A DNA stretch of 63,799 bases, counting the filler, from Octopus bimaculoides (Eukaryota): NCBI RefSeq assembly GCF_001194135.2. It is 7 parts of 7 records of this genome, joined end to end, with 100 filler letters (N's around TTAATTAATTAA, not from the genome) between each part and the next. Parts side by side here need not be neighbours in the genome. Positions count along the whole stretch, not along the records: positions 62,751 to 63,799 come from NW_026300657.1; 6 more parts are not named here. One strand, 5' to 3'. Positions 63,440 through 63,799 of this stretch are shown here, in pieces. How positions within the stretch are numbered: the first letter of the stretch is position 1; the number at the start of each line of letters is the position of its first letter. Below the pieces are notes generated by a model that was not told where the DNA came from, did no database searches, and saw only the letters and a list, made by a program, of their open reading frames with translations. The position numbers were made by a program, and so were the translations under genes.

Positions 63440-63790
63440 GTCTAACCCAGTGGAACTTGTATTTTCAGTATTCTGCAATCTCATCATTCACTCTGCTCTT
63501 ATCTTGAACTACTTCATTTCGGATACACTCTTGCAATGATATTCCTAGCATGGATCTTTCCATGGCCCTTTGCATTGTAGCTAATCGATGTTCTTTCTTT
63601 GTAGTAGTCCAGATCTCACTTGTGTGTAAGAGTGCAGATAGAATTATTCCATTGAAGTGACTAAAAACAGAATGCAGTCTGAAGACATAGCACAAGGCTG
63701 AACAGAGGTGAGACATGATGAAATCAAGAAGTTAATAGAGTGCATCTACTTGGAGCACACAAACATGGCACTTGAATAAAGGATGCTGAA
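63440..63790 (-). pseudogene. Decayed RTE-clade LINE fragment (post-RT region)
   Basis: ILSALLHTSEIWTTTKK..LATMQRAMERSMLGISLQECIRNEVV matches the RTE LxYGxETW..QRAMERxMLG motif. Confidence 0.8.
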
Positions 63791-63799
63791 ACATTGCAG

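Overview
This is a 63.8-kb AT-rich, gap-ridden window from a draft animal genome assembly. The tRNA-derived SINE families and dense (TA)n/(CA)n/(TATG)n/(AAT)n microsatellites best fit an octopus or other coleoid cephalopod (inference from recalled repeat families, not a search). No host protein-coding gene can be called with confidence, and almost all listed ORFs are microsatellite or N-gap artefacts. The window is a layered set of decayed mobile elements: three Tc1/mariner 3' relics; an internally deleted Ty3/Gypsy (Mag-like) LTR element with a tRNA-Ser(GCU) primer site; a Penelope-like GIY-YIG fragment flanked by ~151-bp inverted arms; a HERO/NeSL-like and two R4/Dong-like RLE LINE fragments; a ~3-kb RTE LINE; an L1/Tx1-like 3' end; and at least five SINE families or modules. 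The most interesting signals are: (i) a tRNA-headed SINE ending in a Penelope-type minimal hammerhead-ribozyme-like fold, with a Dong/R4 LINE inserted into its (AAT)n tract; (ii) hammerhead-like motifs in two Penelope-like relics; (iii) a SINE whose 3' tail matches the L1/Tx1-like LINE 3' end in the same window, while sister copies carry a different tail; (iv) two diverged inverted SINEs sharing an identical 65-bp unique flank; (v) a visibly CpG-poor ~22-kb domain with weak candidate exons, suggesting the body of an unrecognised gene. Six TTAATTAATTAA stuffers inside 100-bp gaps mark artificial contig joins, so adjacency across them is not guaranteed.
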